Origin: Lytechinus pictus
Taxonomy: Eukaryota
Length of the DNA: 64,000 bases
Reading direction: 5' to 3'
Assembly: GCF_037042905.1 (NCBI RefSeq)
Contig: NC_087250.1
Coordinates: 7,628,001 to 7,692,000 of the forward strand
Under the pieces are notes generated by a model. It was not told where the DNA came from and did no database searches. It worked only from the letters and a program-made list of their open reading frames with translations. Position 1 is the stretch's first letter; the number at the start of each line of letters is the position of its first letter. The position numbers and the translations under genes were made by a program. Shown here in pieces: positions 48,001 to 58,700 of this stretch.

Positions 48001-48956
48001 ACTTTTTAAAGAGTGACTGTTGTCCAGGGACCTGCGAGCACTTACTGGACCGAACTTTATTCTGACGTCATCATGTACGGTTCGATGACCACTATGAAAA
48101 TGACGACATCGTCATCAGGTAGGTCCATGACGTTATGTTGCTGGATGCTGCCATGGTGAAGGTGATGATGATGGTGGTGGTGATGATGATGGTGGTGGTG
48201 GTGATGATGATGATGATGATGGTGGTGGTGATGATGATGAGGAAGAAGATGGTGATGATGAGGCTGATGGCGATGGTAATGATAGTGACGGCGACGATGA
48301 TTTGATTTGATTTTGATTTGATTTGATTTATTTATTTTCACATTCCAAAAACAAGAGTATATACAAGTGTAATCATTTTTTTTCTTAGCATAACATAATA
48401 AGCAAATGACATAATTATTAACATATGCATATATACAATCTAATTGAAATATATTTATACCTGATAAATTTCTCTTTTTTTATTATAAAAACAAATAGCA
48501 GAATTTTTTATATATATATACATATATCGACATAATACATTTTGAAATGTGGGAGACCTTCATCTTAACTTTAGAGCTTGAAATTGATAAAGGCCTCAAA
48601 GGAAAGGGGAAGGAAAATCATGATGATGATGATGATGATGGCGATGTTGTTGATGATACTGATGATGATAATGGCGATGGTGGTGATGATGATGGTGAAG
48701 ATGATGATGATGATGATAATGATCATTGTGATCATAATGAAGTAATGATGATGATGATGGTCATCATCATCATCATCATGGTGATGACAATTATGATCAT
48801 TATGATGCTACTCAATGACGTTTGACATACATGTATTTCATTTTCTTTCCTAATTAACCTCTTTTATTTCCTTCTCTTCCTGATGTAGGTAAATCAAGCC
48901 TGAGTCTGGCATCTTTCTTCGGATCTCTACTCGTCTTCCTCTTGACGAATGTCTAA
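41239..48956 (+). CDS. Single Reeler-domain protein (defense-protein / FRRS1 N-terminal-like), secreted or GPI-anchored, 205 aa; join(41239..41431,43887..44047,46697..46785,48012..48118,48889..48956)
   Basis: Signal peptide, then Reeler motifs SPNGPP...C.NM.P.HG, FRGFFIQAR, C...NAWGHS..NKTSV...W.PP...G.V.FR.TVVQ, YW; T/S-rich linker and hydrophobic C-terminus. GT-AG introns with compatible phases 1,0,2,1. Confidence 0.85.
42003..42068. repeat. (TTGA)n microsatellite
   Basis: Directly visible. Confidence 0.95.
42674..43357. mobile_element. TIR DNA transposon (CCCGGGG...CCCCGGG ends) with 8-bp TSD AAGGGGCC
   Basis: Long TIR gccacttccattgacgagtggataccatgcgcgacca; TSD at 42666-42673 and 43358-43365; uninterrupted target sequence visible at ~51961-51990. 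Confidence 0.85.
43363..43401 (-). ncRNA. Minimal type I hammerhead-ribozyme-like motif (U4C core variant) in a Penelope-like terminus
   Basis: Minus strand: GCCU-CCGACGA-A-GAUUCU-GCU-AGGAUC-GAAAGCUU-AGGC. Confidence 0.5.
43887..44047 (+). CDS. Reeler gene exon 2 (VRIEGVDSSTFRGFFIQAR...DCFGSTG)
   Basis: ttttcatag acceptor; ggg|gtaagc donor; hallmark FRGFFIQAR. Confidence 0.9.
44108..44336. repeat. Degenerate TAACGTT/TTGCGTTAA minisatellite followed by a CAGGGGCCG..CGGCCCCTG MITE (44337-44495)
   Basis: Repeated aacgtt/gcgttaa units; the MITE family also occurs at ~35170-35311 and ~36578-36718. Confidence 0.6.
46263..46571 (-). mobile_element. tRNA-derived SINE with Deu-like core and (TAT)n tail
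   Basis: Minus strand head gagccgtggagtagtggtt (A box) ... gttcgaatccc (B box); core cccaggtgctaaatgggtacc; tail agcgccatataaaaattggctattattatt. Confidence 0.8.
46697..46785 (+). CDS. Reeler gene exon 3 (NAWGHSINNNKTSVEGTWVPPAGSGEVRF)
   Basis: Poly-T + tacag acceptor; ag|gtaatt donor; not in the ORF track. Confidence 0.85.
48012..48118 (+). CDS. Reeler gene exon 4 (RVTVVQGPASTYWTELYSDVIM...TTSSS)
   Basis: tttttaaag acceptor; g|gtaggt donor; TVVQ and YW Reeler C-terminal motifs. Confidence 0.8.
48889..48956 (+). CDS. Reeler gene exon 5 (GKSSLSLASFFGSLLVFLLTNV*), GPI-signal-like tail
   Basis: Long pyrimidine tract + tgtag acceptor; phase matches exon 4; TAA at 48954-48956. Confidence 0.7.
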
Positions 48957-49471
48957 ATACAGATGACACCCTGCTCCCCATTCTCAACTATTCAGTGGAT
49001 TGAAAATATGAAAGGACAATTCTGATTGGTTCCCAGTCAATGTTTTGAACATAATACGCATGTAAAAATGATCTTCATTGGCCATTTCAAGTTATAGCGT
49101 CCAACAAGTTTACCATCACCGTCACACCATATAGAAACTGATGTCAGATCAATTAAAAGAATGCCATTCAAAATACTATTAGCTGTGATCTCTCTGGGCT
49201 CTGTTTAGTGAGTGTGACTGTGCATTGTTTCGTCTACGATTAAAATATGAATAAATCTGTGGTATATTGGGTTATACAAAAAAGATACATGTATTTGACA
49301 AAAATCATTATGTCCCTCAAATAAGGTGTAAGCCTATTTATACCAAATGTTTTGCCAAAACTTTGTAGAAAATATTTTTCATCAATAAAGTTACCGGGAA
49401 AAGGTAAAGTTCTATACACTCCTGTCATTTTCTTAATTAATTTAATTCACGATTTACAAAATATATATATA

Positions 49472-50120
49472 CAGTGCCTCCCACAAGAAACGAAACCGAG
49501 ATCTATCGATGATTTATCATAACTTAATCATGAACACAATATACAAAATGACTTACCATTGTAAAGCTTAAAATCTCCTCTTTCATCTGAAATTACTTAG
49601 ATTATTTCTCATTCACGCATGAGTGAGCAAAAACAGATTGAAGAGGGGATACCAAAAAGTCACTGTATCTGGGTTAAAAAAGAAAACCACATTTTAAAAG
49701 GTTCAATATCTGCTCTTTATTTTGATACCTCAATTCCAGAAAATGGTCAAGAAATAACAAAGTTCTGGTTATTTGAAATAAGGTTTGAATTTCAATAATT
49801 ATGGAAATACACGCATTGTTTTGAGGGAACAGAACTTTTTTACTTCTTGACCATTTTCTGTGATTAAGGTATCAAATAAAAGAGCAGATATTGAACTTTT
49901 TAGGCATGTGATTTTCTTTTTGAAATTCAGATACCCCCGCCAAATTAGTTTTTGGTATCCTTTCTTCATTTTTTGCTCACTCATGCGTGAATGAGGAATA
50001 ATCTACGTAATTTCAGATGAAAGAGGAGATTCTAAGATTCATTGGTAGATTGCATTTACGATTAAGTTATGATAAATCATCGCTAAATCTCGCGGTTTCG
50101 TTTTTTTGTGGGACGCACTG
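49472..50120. mobile_element. Tc1/mariner-type palindromic MITE with TA TSD
   Basis: ta|cagtgcctcccacaagaaacgaaaccg ... cggtttcgtttttttgtgggacgcactg|ta; arms extend nearly to the centre. Confidence 0.85.
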
Positions 50121-51974
50121 TATAGGGCCTATGATGAAGTGCATTATGACCAAACTTGTATTATAAGTCAATTTTAACCAATTTCATATCATCATGGCCT
50201 GAGATGTAAAATCAATTGGACTAGTATTTAGTGTCAGTTTATGAAATCGAGTATTACCTATTGAGATGATGAATTTGTAGGCCTATAATATACAATTCCT
50301 GGAAAATGCCGTCTTTTTGATAAAAGATGCGTGATCCCTTTTCCGTTTTAATCAAAACTGCATGTTTTTAGAATTTCTAACAAGAATGACTGAAAATATT
50401 TCTTATTACACATTAACATATGAACCTGATCGTAGTGTTCCAAATATTAATTCTAGCATGTCCAAAGACAGAAATAATGAGGGGCAGAGATGTGTGTGTG
50501 TGAGAGAGAGAGAGGGGTATATATGGCCCTGGAAAGCGAAGGGGGGGGGGGTGCACGCTTGGGGTGCTGAGGCACCCCACGAATTACCAGGGGGTGCTTC
50601 GTGTGTTATTTACCGTATGCAGCACCCCTGGAACTCTGGTTGGTATATTATAGCAGAAATGTAACCAAAATTTCCTTGATTTTGTTGTGAAACCATTCCC
50701 CCTTTTTGCTTGTCAAATTTAAACCAGCTCCCCTGTAAAAAAAAAACGTTCCCATCTATATAGGGCCTGCAGAGATTTAGGGGGGGAGGATAAAAGGTGA
50801 AGGAGGAGAAGGGGGTGAGATGTGTTACTACTCCCTTCTCCTCCTACTACCACGCACGTTTACTATCAAACATTAATTAAAAATGACCGAAAGAAATCAT
50901 GAACTAATTAAGAAGTTTGAATTCACCATTGATTGAAGTTAAGAGTTAAGATGTTAAAATTTGCTCAATTTCTCGTTCTAAAAATGCAAAATCTCCTAAA
51001 CCCACCTTACTAATTTCCATGCAACATTTGAACATGCACGGTAAAATGATAAGAGTCATTCCATGGGAGCGGACAGTCATAAGCACAAGGGCTTGAAAAA
51101 GGACGTCCCACAATTGCAATATAGGGGCGGAAATGACCGTAACTTTCGGGGAGGGGGGGGGGGGGGGAGAGAATGGCGACATAAAGGTAACGGTTTTTTT
51201 TCTCAATTTAGTCATGGGATGTAACACAGTTACCACCCGTCTTCTCTGTACTATTTTTCTTCTTTCTTTATTTTCTCTCCCCCCCCTTCGGTTTTTCTTT
51301 CTTACTACCATAAAAAGTTATGATTAAACATTGATTTGGCGCTACCCTAGAGGTTAAAATAAAAATTTCAACCTCCCCATGCCGTTACTTTTCCTTTTCT
51401 TCTTTTTCTTCTCCAGTATCCCCTTTCTTTCTCTCCGATTTTCTGACGAGTCCTTCTCACCCTTTCCCCCTCTCTCTCCCTACCCCGCTCTCTTTTTTAA
51501 TATAAATCGAATAGTATAGGAATTTCATATGGTTATCATAGTGCATTGTTTAGTCAATAAGATCAATAAAATAGTTTTAATATAATATATCTTTAAAAAA
51601 TGTAAATGTTCTTATAGATTATATAACAACATTTACATTAAAAAAATATGTAAGGAAAGATTAGGGGAAAATATAAAAGAAGGTCTATTAAATAAAGAAA
51701 TGTGGGTTTTGTAACCCTTAATCATTTCCGCTTTTTTCCCCTTGCCCTTTCCCCTTTCTTTCTTATATTTATTTTTGTGTAAAAGCTTTTCAGTCTTTTC
51801 AGACTATTTAAATCGAAATTATAGGCAATTCAAATAGTTATCATAGTGCATTGTTTACTAAGTGAATAAGATCAATAAATAGTCTTTATATAATATACCT
51901 TAGAAAATGTAAATGTTCTTATAGATTATATAACAACATTACATTAAAAAAAAATATTAGAAAGTCAAAAAGGG

Positions 51975-52013
51975 GCCTAAGCTTTCGATCCTAGCAGAAT
52001 CTTCGTCGGAGGC
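51975..52013 (-). ncRNA. Second copy of the minimal hammerhead-like motif, in a 76-bp insertion (51958-52033)
   Basis: Identical 39-nt motif to 43363-43401. Confidence 0.5.
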
Positions 52014-52463
52014 AAAATGACAAACATATAAAGTTAAAAAAATATGTAAGAAAAGATTAGGGGAAAATATAAAAGAAGGTCAATCAAATAAAGAGAAGTG
52101 GGTTTTGTAACCCTTTATTTCAGTGACTTCATTTCCCCTTTTTTAATGGAGAGAGGAAAAAGGGTGATGTCCCCAACTCCCCATTTAGATTGCATTTCGT
52201 GTTTATTCTCTTCCCCGTCCCTTTCAAATGCCTTGTGCCTTATGCCCTGTGATCTTGGATGGGAGCGTTTCATATAAAAAAATCGCCAGTGATTTTCACC
52301 GGCTGATTATATATGAACCAATCAGATGCAGGGGTTTGCAGTTGCTTAACCAAAGTGAGTAAAAATCACTAAAATTTGTTTCATAAAATGTTTTCACTCA
52401 CCCCTTCCCCATATCGTTGGAAATTACATGTTGCAATCAATAAATATTTTTCAACATAGATAT

Positions 52464-52515
52464 AGATGGCGCTATACACATTGACAGATAAAAAAAAGAT
52501 AGGTAAATGGCGCTA
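52464..52515 (+). promoter_or_regulatory. Two ATGGCGCTA motifs (YY1- or CTCF-like) just upstream of the DCAF7 start
   Basis: agatggcgcta at 52464 and aaatggcgcta at 52505, 41 bp apart. Confidence 0.35.
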
Positions 52516-52583
52516 GTGTTGTGTATACATGAATTCTAGTCAAGCGAAAAACTACCGAATATTTTCTCATGAAGCCTGCCAGA

Positions 52584-52724
52584 ATGTCGGGTGTTACGCC
52601 GAAAAGGAAGGAGATTTACAAATATGAAGCCCCATGGACATTATATAGTATGAATTGGGGAGTCAGACCGGACAAACGGTTCAGATTGGCGGTGGGAAGT
52701 TTCGTCGAAGAATACAATAATAAG
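52584..52724 (+). CDS. DCAF7: DCAF7 exon 1 (ends at a GC donor)
   Basis: [18 protein letters not shown]...VEEYNNK; aag|gcaagt. Confidence 0.9.
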
Positions 52725-55537
52725 GCAAGTAAAAATCTTCACGATTTCTCATAGGCTTTGTACACTGCACTGCGATGATGTGTAGCTAGTCACACAAACT
52801 ATGATGAGTGTGAACGTGATGACAGTGTGTGAATTTGAATTGTGATGTGATACTGATGATATTGATAAAAATGATCCTATTGAAGCCAGGCAAATGGCAG
52901 CTGGGGTGACCATAATTTGCACACGTTAATGTCAGCCGCCAGGATGGCTGGAATTTGGAAAACTTGTAGAATCTACTTAATCATATGCTTGTACTTGTAG
53001 GCCCCCTAAATGTAAATTGTAATTGTAGTTTCAGTTTGTACAGTAGGCCTAACTGTATTCTGTAATGTAACGAGCCTCAGAGGTTGGTCACCAGGCGGTC
53101 AGTTTTGTTTTCCTTTCCCATGTCATGTTTTTATTAATGAGTAATGTTAATGAATAATGTGCAGTGCCATTTGCCAGGAATGAAGGGAGGCAGCGTATCT
53201 CAGTTGGTTAGATTAGAGCGGATGTTTCGGATAAGATCGTAGATCTCAACGTGAGGGGTCGACTTCGAGTCCCGCTCATGCCGAAACACGTCTAACAAAT
53301 AATCTGATGCTATAGCGTTGTGTGTTAGTGTGCCTCACCACTGTATTCATTGCAGGTGTGAATGCAGTTGGAAAACACTCAAACAAATGTTGGTCCCGTG
53401 TATATAGGAGAGTCACAACCTATGCCCGTTAAAACCAATACACTATTCATCAAAGAGTAGGGTGTTCACCTGGGGTATTGCACCTGCCAGTCGCGGTAAA
53501 ATTCAAGTCAAGTCAAACTAGACGTTCATATGCCATAATATTATCAACATAATGATTGTGGGCATTAATGGAAAGACAAGACAAGAAAAATAGGTAAAAC
53601 AATGAAAATTAGGGTCGGTCTGAACAATTTTTGTAGTTTATTTTCAGAACATTTTTTCTTTATTATTTCATGTTGGATTGCTAAAATTTGATAGGGAACT
53701 TTGACTCATTCATTAGAAGACACCGACACTGTCTTAGCATGCTATTACTACCTTGATAACCTAGATCTTAATGGGATTAAAAAGATAATTGTTTAAAATT
53801 ATGTCTTTATTCTCTCCTTACAGGTTCAAATCGTAGCTCTAAATGAAGAGACTTCGGAATTCGAAGCGAAGAGTACGTTTGATCATCCCTACCCGACGAC
53901 TAAAATCATGTGGATACCTGATAATGTAAGCAATATTCCCTCTCAAATCAGTAGTATCTGTGTTTAAAGTTCTGTCTTTATAGTATCAGGGACTCGGTTT
54001 TAAGGGGAGTGAGAGCGATAGCTCGCTACTGCTCGCCTTAATCCATTTTAGATAGAGGTGGAGTGATTTATCGCTCGCCTCAGTGAATTAGATTTTCTTA
54101 TGACATGAAATGATAAATGCAGAAAAACTAGAAATCAGGCGATATCATACACATTGACATTTGTATTAATTGCTTGTTTATTTCCATGTATAATCTCTAT
54201 TCTGACATCATTTAACCTGAACGATAGAACAAGAGTGTCGGTCAATGATCCCCTACCGCGGCTCCTCTTAAAACTTTTAGGAGAGCTTTTTATTGCTCCC
54301 CTCATAATTATAAAACTGAGTCCCCGTAGTATACATACCTGTAGCGCTTAAAGGGGCACTCCAGGTTGAATATATTATGATTTGAACAGATAAAATCAGA
54401 CAAACAACACTAAAAATTTGATCAAAATCGGACAAGGAATAACAAAGTTATGGCATTTTAAAGACTTGCATTATTACTGTGAAACATTATTAGAAACTCT
54501 GCATTTCTTCATGAATATTCATTGAGCAAACTGATGATGTCATATTCCCTCTTGTTCTTTTGTATTTACATGTACATGTACATGTATATGAAATTAGGTT
54601 TATTCAAATTTTTCCCTCTAAGAACTAAACAAAATTGGATTACTGATTTATTAGATATGCTGCAACTTATTTCATTAGAAGGGAGACATATCAGTTGAGA
54701 AACAAAACATAAGTAAAAGGAAAGTGGGGATGTGACATCAGCCCACCTAATGAATATTCATGACTACATGCATCTAACTCTTTTCACAATATATTGCTAA
54801 ACTTTAAAATTCAATAACTTAGGTATTAGTTATCCGATTTTGATGAGATTTTCAGCATTTTGCTCTGTGAATTTTACTCTATTTATTTAGATACAAATAA
54901 TTCCAGCCCAGAGTACCCTTTAAGTAAGGCTGAACGTCTCTAAACATCCTGACCTTAAGGATTATTACATGTACATGTATTTCACCATAGTTATGATCAG
55001 ATTGTCACATGCCCACACACAATGCACTTTCTCCACTCCCTGTGAAACAATATTGGAAGAGTTTCCAACCTCAATTGCTACTTTGGCTTTTTCCTCCAAA
55101 TCGGGTATTCATTTAAAATCCTGTCTAAAGTAATGATTTGGTATGATGATGGGAATGATGATGATGATGATAATGATGATGATTATGATGATTATGATGA
55201 GGATGATGATAATGATGATGATGGTGATGAGGATGAGGATGAGGATGATGATGATGATGATGATGATGAGGATGATAATGATGATGATGATGATATGATG
55301 ATGATGAGGATGATAATGATGATGATGATGATAATGATATGATGATGATGATAATGATGATGATGATAATGATGATGATGATGATAATGATGATGATGAT
55401 AATGATGATGGTGATGATGATGATGATGATGAGGATGATGATGATGATGATGATGATGAGGATGATAATGATGATGATGATGATAATGATGATGATGAGG
55501 AGGAGGAGGGGAGAGGATGATGATGATGATGATGATA

Positions 55538-55569
<32 letters not shown>

Positions 55570-55591
55570 AATGATGATGATGATGATGATA

Positions 55592-55636
<45 letters not shown>

Positions 55637-55647
55637 ATGATAATGAT

Positions 55648-55721
<74 letters not shown>

Positions 55722-58700
55722 AATGATAATGATTATGATGATGAGGAGGAGGGGAGAGGATGATGATGATGATGATGATAATGATGAGGAGGAGGGGAGA
55801 GGATGATGATGATCTGATGAGAGGAGGAGGAAGATGATGATCATGATAATAATGATCATAATACTAATGATATTAATGAATTAATGATATTTACAACAGA
55901 AGGGTTCTCCCTGTAAAGGCCATTGTTAATTAGTTATCCGGTCTTGTTCTTTTCACGATGATGAACGCCGATTCTTATAGAAGGGTGTGTTTCCGGATCT
56001 CTTGGCAACCAGTGGAGATTATCTGCGAGTTTGGCGAGTCGGAGATACAGATACAAGATTGGAATGTCTTCTTAATAATGTAAGTAAAGTAGCGTCATTA
56101 TCAGCAAATTGTTTACATATATACAAACATTGGGAAGTTCACCAAGATGGCAGGTTGGTTTCAATAAAAGCTGAAAAAATTTGAGAATGAAGGTATGTTG
56201 AAAATCCACGAAAGAACGTGAGATATATATGGAATTTTCAAGTTTTCGATTTGTGACTTCATATGTGAGCAGCTCTCTTGCTTATAATGTGTGTAATCCA
56301 TTCAATTTTTTAATGGAATATGATGAACAAAAATACAAAAAAAAACATGTTTCTCATAGAAGGGGTGATTAATTTTTGAAATGAGGTGGCTGATGATATA
56401 TCCACCACAGAAATAAAATCACTATTTAGAAAATGACATTTTTTGGAAGTACAGTCCGACCTCTCTTATATCCGGCCTCCCCTTATCTGGATCTCTCTAT
56501 TATCCGGACGCACACTTGCCGAGATTTTTTTTTTTTTCAGTTCAATCTAGTACGTGAGGAAATGAGATTTCAATCTAAACTCAATCCTATACGCAAACTC
56601 ACTTTGATTACATATATTTTCCAATATAGTCTACCCATACCTACAACAACATTATTTTTCATGAAAATCACCGACAGAATTTAGGCAGGATAATTTTCCA
56701 GTAAATCAGGGCCAGCGCAAGCATTTCATCACGTTCTCTTTTCGTTTCCCGGGAAAAACAATGCGTGTCTTGCTAGCTAACGCTAGGCCTCAATACGGAC
56801 AGCGCCATCTATCATGTTTGAGCCTACAGTCAGTATAACAATGGCTGACATTGGGAAGCTGCGATACCCACCGCGATGATCTAATTCTCTTTCGACGTAT
56901 GCTCAATCATTTTAGTAGGTAAACTATCCAACAGTTTTGGCCATCGATCGATTTCATTTCTGTAAAAATACCGCCTATAATTTGCACTGACACAGCAGTG
57001 AATACTGTCTGTACGCCCACTACAATAAATAACGTGTAGCTACCGTCGTTAATGTTGGGCAGGCAGCAGCTGTGTGTATTTAATATTGGGTCTCCCAGAT
57101 CCGGATAAATCCCTTATCCGGATTGGTGCTGGTCCCAACGTGTCAGGATAAGAGAGGTCGGACTGTAAATGACATGACAAATGGGGGAACTGCTTATCTG
57201 TGATGGTATTCATAACTTTGACAGATTTTTATAAAACTTTTAACAATATTTTTCTCTAATGCAGAGCGAGACTATAGGCGCCGCTTTTCCGACGGCAGCT
57301 GAATGAATTTGATTTTTTTTTTATTCCTGGGTTTTTAAAGTCTTTTTGAGCAAGACCTTTTGTAATTTTAACCAATGTCTTTAAATCAAGTATATTTTTA
57401 TGATTCGTTTCCTATTAGAACAAAAACTCAGATTTCTGCGCTCCTCTGACGTCGTTTGATTGGAACGAGGTGGACCCTAATCTGCTGGGGACGTCCAGCA
57501 TCGATACGACGTGTACTATCTGGGGATTGGAGACGGGACAGATCGTTGGGAGGGTTAACATGGTGACAGGCCACGTCAAAACACAACTCATCGCTCACGA
57601 TAAAGAGGTACGTGTACTGTATATATTTTGGAGGGGTGACCTGTACCAAAACAGAACCCCTAAGAATTAAAGAGGTGATGAGGAATGGATAGAGTACCGT
57701 AAGAGGATGTAGAAAGGAAGGATCGAGAGATGGTTAATGAAGGAGAGAAGAGGAGAATGGAAAGAAGACCATGATGGACATAAATAGTTAGAAGGCAGTG
57801 GTGATACAGTGAGTGGACTTAAGAAAGCATAACTGATTGGATTGTGGGGGGTGGGGATTTGGAGATTTTGAGAAAGATTGATTTAGGAGGTGAGGAAGGA
57901 GAGAGCCAGGCCCAGGGATGCAAAAGATGTAGGAGAGGTTTAGGGTTGAGAGGGAAGGTAGGATTTTTACATGTGGACAAGATGAGAAAAGGAATGTAGT
58001 TTTAAAAAGGTAAGGGAGCTAGGAGTGGAAAGATGAGGAGGCTGTTATATGACCATAGTCTTCATGGAAAAATTAAACTGTACAAACTTTTCATCATCTG
58101 TAGAGTGCAGTCATTTTCCATGTATAAAACTGTTTGAGAATATATTTTTTGTGTTGTTAACTTTATAATTCACTTCTCCACTAGTGATTTTACAATGATT
58201 AACCTTATCCAAAAAGGGGAGCCTATACATTTGTATTATTTTTAAAAGTTCTTTGTTTAACACAGGGTGGCCCCTTCACTAGTCTTGCATCTGTTTTCCA
58301 AGAGGCCCTGTAAATAGATATTACAATATATAATGCAAACAAATAAATCCTTCCATCAATGACAGTAATATTATGAGCAATCATAACTTCTTCTTCCTCA
58401 CCCTCATACTCAAGGTTTACGACATCGCATTCAGCCGAGCGGGAGGCGGTCGCGACATGTTTGCGTCCGTGGGCGCGGACGGTTCCGTGAGGATGTTCGA
58501 TCTCAGGCATCTAGAGCACTCGACGATCATCTATGAAGACCCTCAGCATCATCCGCTCTTGAGATTAGCCTGGAATAAACAGGATCCGAACTACTTAGCT
58601 ACCATGGCGATGGATTCATTTGAGGTTAGTGTTGTTCAGGGGTGGTGCTATGGGGGGGGGGAGGGGGAGGAATCACTCCTAATTTGCTCTTGAGATTAGC

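Noticed and set aside
48057..48341. Minus-strand poly-His ORF
   Set aside because: Reverse complement of an intronic (GAT/GGT)n tract overlapping Reeler exon 4.
55133..55859. Poly-Asp/poly-Met ORFs suggesting an acidic biomineralisation protein
   Set aside because: A (GAT)n tract inside DCAF7 intron 2, with frame-shifting interruptions, no signal peptide and no exon boundaries.
57655..58042. Purine-rich block that may be a decayed antisense LINE 3' ORF
   Set aside because: Only faint resemblance and interrupted by stops; cannot be supported without a profile search.
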